From positions 62,760 through 126,759 of the forward strand of contig USHN01000003.1 of the NCBI GenBank assembly GCA_900554515.1: a DNA stretch of 64,000 bases, written 5' to 3'. The stretch is from an uncultured Acidaminococcus sp. GTDB lineage: Bacteria; Bacillota; Negativicutes; Acidaminococcales; Acidaminococcaceae. Of the stretch, positions 60,862-64,000 are shown one piece after another; positions within the stretch are counted from its first letter, which is position 1, and each line of letters opens with the position of its first letter. The notes beneath the pieces are model-generated. The model was given only the letters and a program-made list of their open reading frames with translations. It had not been told where the DNA came from and ran no database searches. The translations under genes and the position numbers were made by a program.

Positions 60862-62466
60862 CTAATCAATGGGAGACAGCCCTTGAAATTTAGCTATTTT
60901 ATTATAAGCATTTTTCAAAGAAATATATAGATCATCTATTTCTTTCGCATAAGTTTCCGCAAAAAAAGTCATTAAATGCGTATCTTGAAAAATTTGTTGG
61001 TGGTCCCGAAACCATTCTTTTAGAGTAGATCGACCCTTTTGGGGCTGTTGAAGAAAATAGTTTTTAGTTAATGCTTGATTTAGACAAAGTGGCTGTGCAA
61101 AGAACCTATTTGCGTCCTCTGTATTAGAGGTCAGAAAATCTAAAATAATATTTTCAGGAGATTTTCCACCCGGTAAAAAAAATATATTTTGTTTACTTGC
61201 ATTTAGCGACTCCACATCTTTCTTAATCTTATCCTTGTTTATTGAGTCTCCATCCAGAACAATTATTTTATTAAAAAAATATAGGGGTTCTCCCTTAACC
61301 ATTGATAAAATTGACTCATTACCAATTTCAGTGTCTAGCAAATCTAAGCGGCTTCTTAACGATTGCCAGTCTTCGCCTGGCAAATTATTTATAAACCATC
61401 GCGCTTCACGATCTTCTGTATAAACCTTTATCTTATTACGTTGTAGACTAAGAGTATCTTCTTCTAAAAGACCTTGGATAGTAGAATATGACGGATTAGT
61501 AAGGACCTGCAGAATATTATTGGCAGTTGATAGATAATATAAATTAGTATCATTTTCTGTAAGAACGGAGTTTGTAGAGCTTAAAACTAATGATTTTGAG
61601 ATATAGCTTAGGATGCTTAGGCTATGCGTAGTGAATACAATTTGTAAAGATAAGTTCTTAGCTTCTTTTAATAAATAGTGGATAAGCTTTACTTGAGCAG
61701 AAGGATGTAATGTGGCATCTAGCTCATCAATTAATAACAATCCTCCATTATAGTTTTCTTTGGAACGGTCTTTTAATAATCTAAAAGATTCTACTGCTAA
61801 GAGTATTTGCCCAAGATTATCTTGTCCTGCGGAATTAGACAAATAGTCATAATCCTCTGTAACAACACCAAAGGCAGTTTTCTTTTTAACGTCAGGTAAT
61901 GCTACAGATTGCATATCTTTGATAGTATCGTTAATAGATAAAATCCTCTTATAACTTTCAAGCATTTTAACCTTATACCGGTCAGGAAGTACTGTATATT
62001 TCGAATGAGTAGGCGAGATTGATGCTGATTCCCCCAAAGGGAAAAGTCTTGAAAGACCTAGAAATAGTGTCGGCCAATTTTGTTTTGATGAACGTTTTTT
62101 ATTAAATTTATCAGTAAATTCCGGAATCATTCTTGCACGAGGTAATTTAGTTTTTGAATCCTTTTGCCAGGTAATACGACAGGATCTATATGTTCCATCA
62201 TCAAAAGTAATCTTTAAAATATTGGACGAACTTTTATCATGTGTTGGACTCAATTTGAATATTTCACTGAATTCAGTTCTAAATTGTTTTTGCATAATAG
62301 GGCGTCCATATTTGACTTTCAGCTCACTAGAATTCCCTAAAATACCAAGCAATGTAGACTTACCTACAGAATTAGTCCCTGATAGTACTGTAATGTACTT
62401 TCCCAAATCAAGAGTTACATCTTCAAATAGCCTAAAATTGTTTATATGTAATGATAAAATACGCAT
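60862..62466 (-). CDS. ABC-type (AAA_15/AAA_21-like) ATPase with a C-terminal TOPRIM-like domain (OLD-family-like)
   Basis: Walker A GTNSVGKST, signature SAGQ, Walker B LLIDELDATLHP and H-loop TTHS. C-terminal VYTED and LDGD acidic motifs. Confidence 0.8.
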   Translation of the reverse strand: MRILSLHINNFRLFEDVTLDLGKYITVLSGTNSVGKSTLLGILGNSSELKVKYGRPIMQKQFRTEFSEIFKLSPTHDKSSSNILKITFDDGTYRSCRITWQKDSKTKLPRARMIPEFTDKFNKKRSSKQNWPTLFLGLSRLFPLGESASISPTHSKYTVLPDRYKVKMLESYKRILSINDTIKDMQSVALPDVKKKTAFGVVTEDYDYLSNSAGQDNLGQILLAVESFRLLKDRSKENYNGGLLLIDELDATLHPSAQVKLIHYLLKEAKNLSLQIVFTTHSLSILSYISKSLVLSSTNSVLTENDTNLYYLSTANNILQVLTNPSYSTIQGLLEEDTLSLQRNKIKVYTEDREARWFINNLPGEDWQSLRSRLDLLDTEIGNESILSMVKGEPLYFFNKIIVLDGDSINKDKIKKDVESLNASKQNIFFLPGGKSPENIILDFLTSNTEDANRFFAQPLCLNQALTKNYFLQQPQKGRSTLKEWFRDHQQIFQDTHLMTFFAETYAKEIDDLYISLKNAYNKIAKFQGLSPID

Positions 62467-62641
62467 GCAGCACTTCCTTTCCTATTTATCTGTTTTCTGT
62501 AATTAGGCTTATAATAAGCTCTACTTCCAGCGATCCAAAAAGATTTGAGTGTATTTTGATATCTGTCTGAAAAGCAAACGTCTCCTTACTATCCAATTTA
62601 GCCTTAGCTAGAATCACGAAAAAGATATTAACTTTTCCTTA

Positions 62642-63745
62642 TTACCTTAACCGTCTCCACAACCAGAAACAATGCATTTTAATAAAATAAATGATATGCC
62701 CAAGTAGAAGGACACCTATATTGATTTGATTTACTAGTAAGAAATTCATAATTTTAAAAGTGAGTGACGTAGCAAGATGATAGCTTTTGATTTTCTTCCA
62801 ATTGCTGTCTTTATTCACATTTTCTATAAAAGCCATCTGCTCTCGCAACGACTGGTTGCTTTGGGGATAGCACATCATCTGGATTGTCAAAAACACAAAT
62901 TGTAAAAACTGGGTACTTAATAAGACCGTTGCTTCCTTTAGTAGTCCTACCTTTTTTAGTTGTTCAAATCTAAAATCCCAAATTGCTTTATGTACTTCAA
63001 AAAACCTTGGTTGAAATTTACTTCGCAGGCTTCCTGATTGTTTTCTTCTGTAATGTAATAACGATTGTGAGATTATGCTAACAGAAGATAAATCTCCCCA
63101 CAGTCTTCCCATAAATTCTTTGTCTTCACTTAACGGAATTTCCTTAAACCACAGATTTTCTTTTCGGATATAAGCTGTACGAACTGCTTTGTTGGAAGAC
63201 CAGGAATACATATCATTACTTTGCTCCTGCAGTATAATAGATTCTTGCAAAATGATTCTGTTATTTCCAAAAGCTTCTGCTTTTTTCGGAATATGTGACT
63301 CTGAAGATAAATGTTTATTTTTCGCTGAATACCACTCATCTGTATAGCCAAAAAAGACCATATCTGGATGGCTTTTTCCAACGATTCCTGCAACTGATTC
63401 TAACAAGTTGGCATCCCACCAATCATCAGAATCAAGAAAAAGAACATATTCCCCTTTCATAACTCTCATTCCTACGTTTCTCGCATTAGATAGGCCGCCA
63501 TTTTTCTGGAGTGAGATTATATGAATCCGCTTATCTCCTTCTGCATATTTTTGACAAATAGACAGACTGTTATCCTTTGAACAATCATTGACTATGATTA
63601 ATTCAAAATCACTATACGTTTGAATTAATATACTTTTAATAGCTTGGGAAACATATCCTTCCACATTATATACAGGCATAATAATGCTGAAAGCAGGATT
63701 TCTCTTATCAGCTACTGATAAACTTTCTTTTAAGGAATCTGCCAA
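62642..63745 (-). CDS. GT2 family glycosyltransferase
   Basis: SIIMPVYNVE, VNDCSKD, GLSNARN and FLDSDD motifs. Confidence 0.93.
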   Translation of the reverse strand: MADSLKESLSVADKRNPAFSIIMPVYNVEGYVSQAIKSILIQTYSDFELIIVNDCSKDNSLSICQKYAEGDKRIHIISLQKNGGLSNARNVGMRVMKGEYVLFLDSDDWWDANLLESVAGIVGKSHPDMVFFGYTDEWYSAKNKHLSSESHIPKKAEAFGNNRIILQESIILQEQSNDMYSWSSNKAVRTAYIRKENLWFKEIPLSEDKEFMGRLWGDLSSVSIISQSLLHYRRKQSGSLRSKFQPRFFEVHKAIWDFRFEQLKKVGLLKEATVLLSTQFLQFVFLTIQMMCYPQSNQSLREQMAFIENVNKDSNWKKIKSYHLATSLTFKIMNFLLVNQINIGVLLLGHIIYFIKMHCFWLWRRLR

Positions 63746-64000
63746 CTTTCTTCACCCAATTCTGTTTTTCGAAGTAATCTACATTACACTCATAATATGG
63801 ATATTTCTTTGTTTCAAGCCATACATCTAGTAACAGTTCATCAATAAACCATCTCTGCTCTGATTTTGGATACTTAGAAAGGTCCACTTTCTTCTCTATT
63901 TCAAACATAACATCAAACCACCAGGAACAAAATTCATTAAAGTAATCCTGCCGCATCACAAACATGTTAAACATGTGTGCCCATGTCCGGTTCATAAAAA
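63708..64000 (-). CDS. DUF4422-like (galactofuranosyl)transferase, C-terminal part (runs off the right edge)
   Basis: NMFVM...F..FCSWWFD..FE.EK...R.F..E.LLDVWL pattern. Confidence 0.7.
   Translation of the reverse strand, partial: FMNRTWAHMFNMFVMRQDYFNEFCSWWFDVMFEIEKKVDLSKYPKSEQRWFIDELLLDVWLETKKYPYYECNVDYFEKQNWVKKVGRFLKRKFISS

Noticed and set aside
59763..62641. Mobile-element boundaries around the ATPase/methylase cassette
   Set aside because: No terminal inverted repeats, target duplications, transposase or integrase seen in the flanks.

Overview
Bacterial chromosomal window. It has a Firmicutes-type housekeeping order (ylxM-ffh-rpsP-khpA-ylqD-rimM-trmD-rplS-lepB-rbgA-rnhB-yraN-comM) next to a surface-polysaccharide locus, which suggests a gut Negativicute such as Acidaminococcus (inference). 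Left to right: (1) partial CoA-acylating aldehyde dehydrogenase, divergent LysR plus AEC transporter, an Rrf2/YwnB redox module with operators, and metY; (2) a minus-strand catabolic cluster at 6.4-18.7 kb (TIM-barrel isomerases, shikimate/quinate dehydrogenase, TRAP transporter, LysR, ThDP enzyme, ICL/PEP-mutase family, HMG-CoA-lyase family, exported carboxylesterase); (3) competence/pilus genes, including a PilD-PilM-PilN-like fusion and a comM with an in-frame amber stop; (4) translation, SRP, thiamine salvage, tkt, an atypical EF-G paralogue, recG and rpmB; (5) a complete type I-E CRISPR-Cas system with a Cas2-DEDDh fusion and a 9-repeat/8-spacer array; (6) an AT-rich Wzx/Wzy polysaccharide locus interrupted by an ABC-ATPase/TOPRIM gene and a Dam-like methyltransferase gene. 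Two observations stand out. The newest CRISPR spacer (44416-44448) is a 33/33 match to the Walker B (DEVH) codons of the locus's own, apparently intact cas3 (52514-52546). The ATPase-TOPRIM/methylase pair is a candidate uncharacterised defence system. All calls come from motif recognition by eye; no database searches were run.
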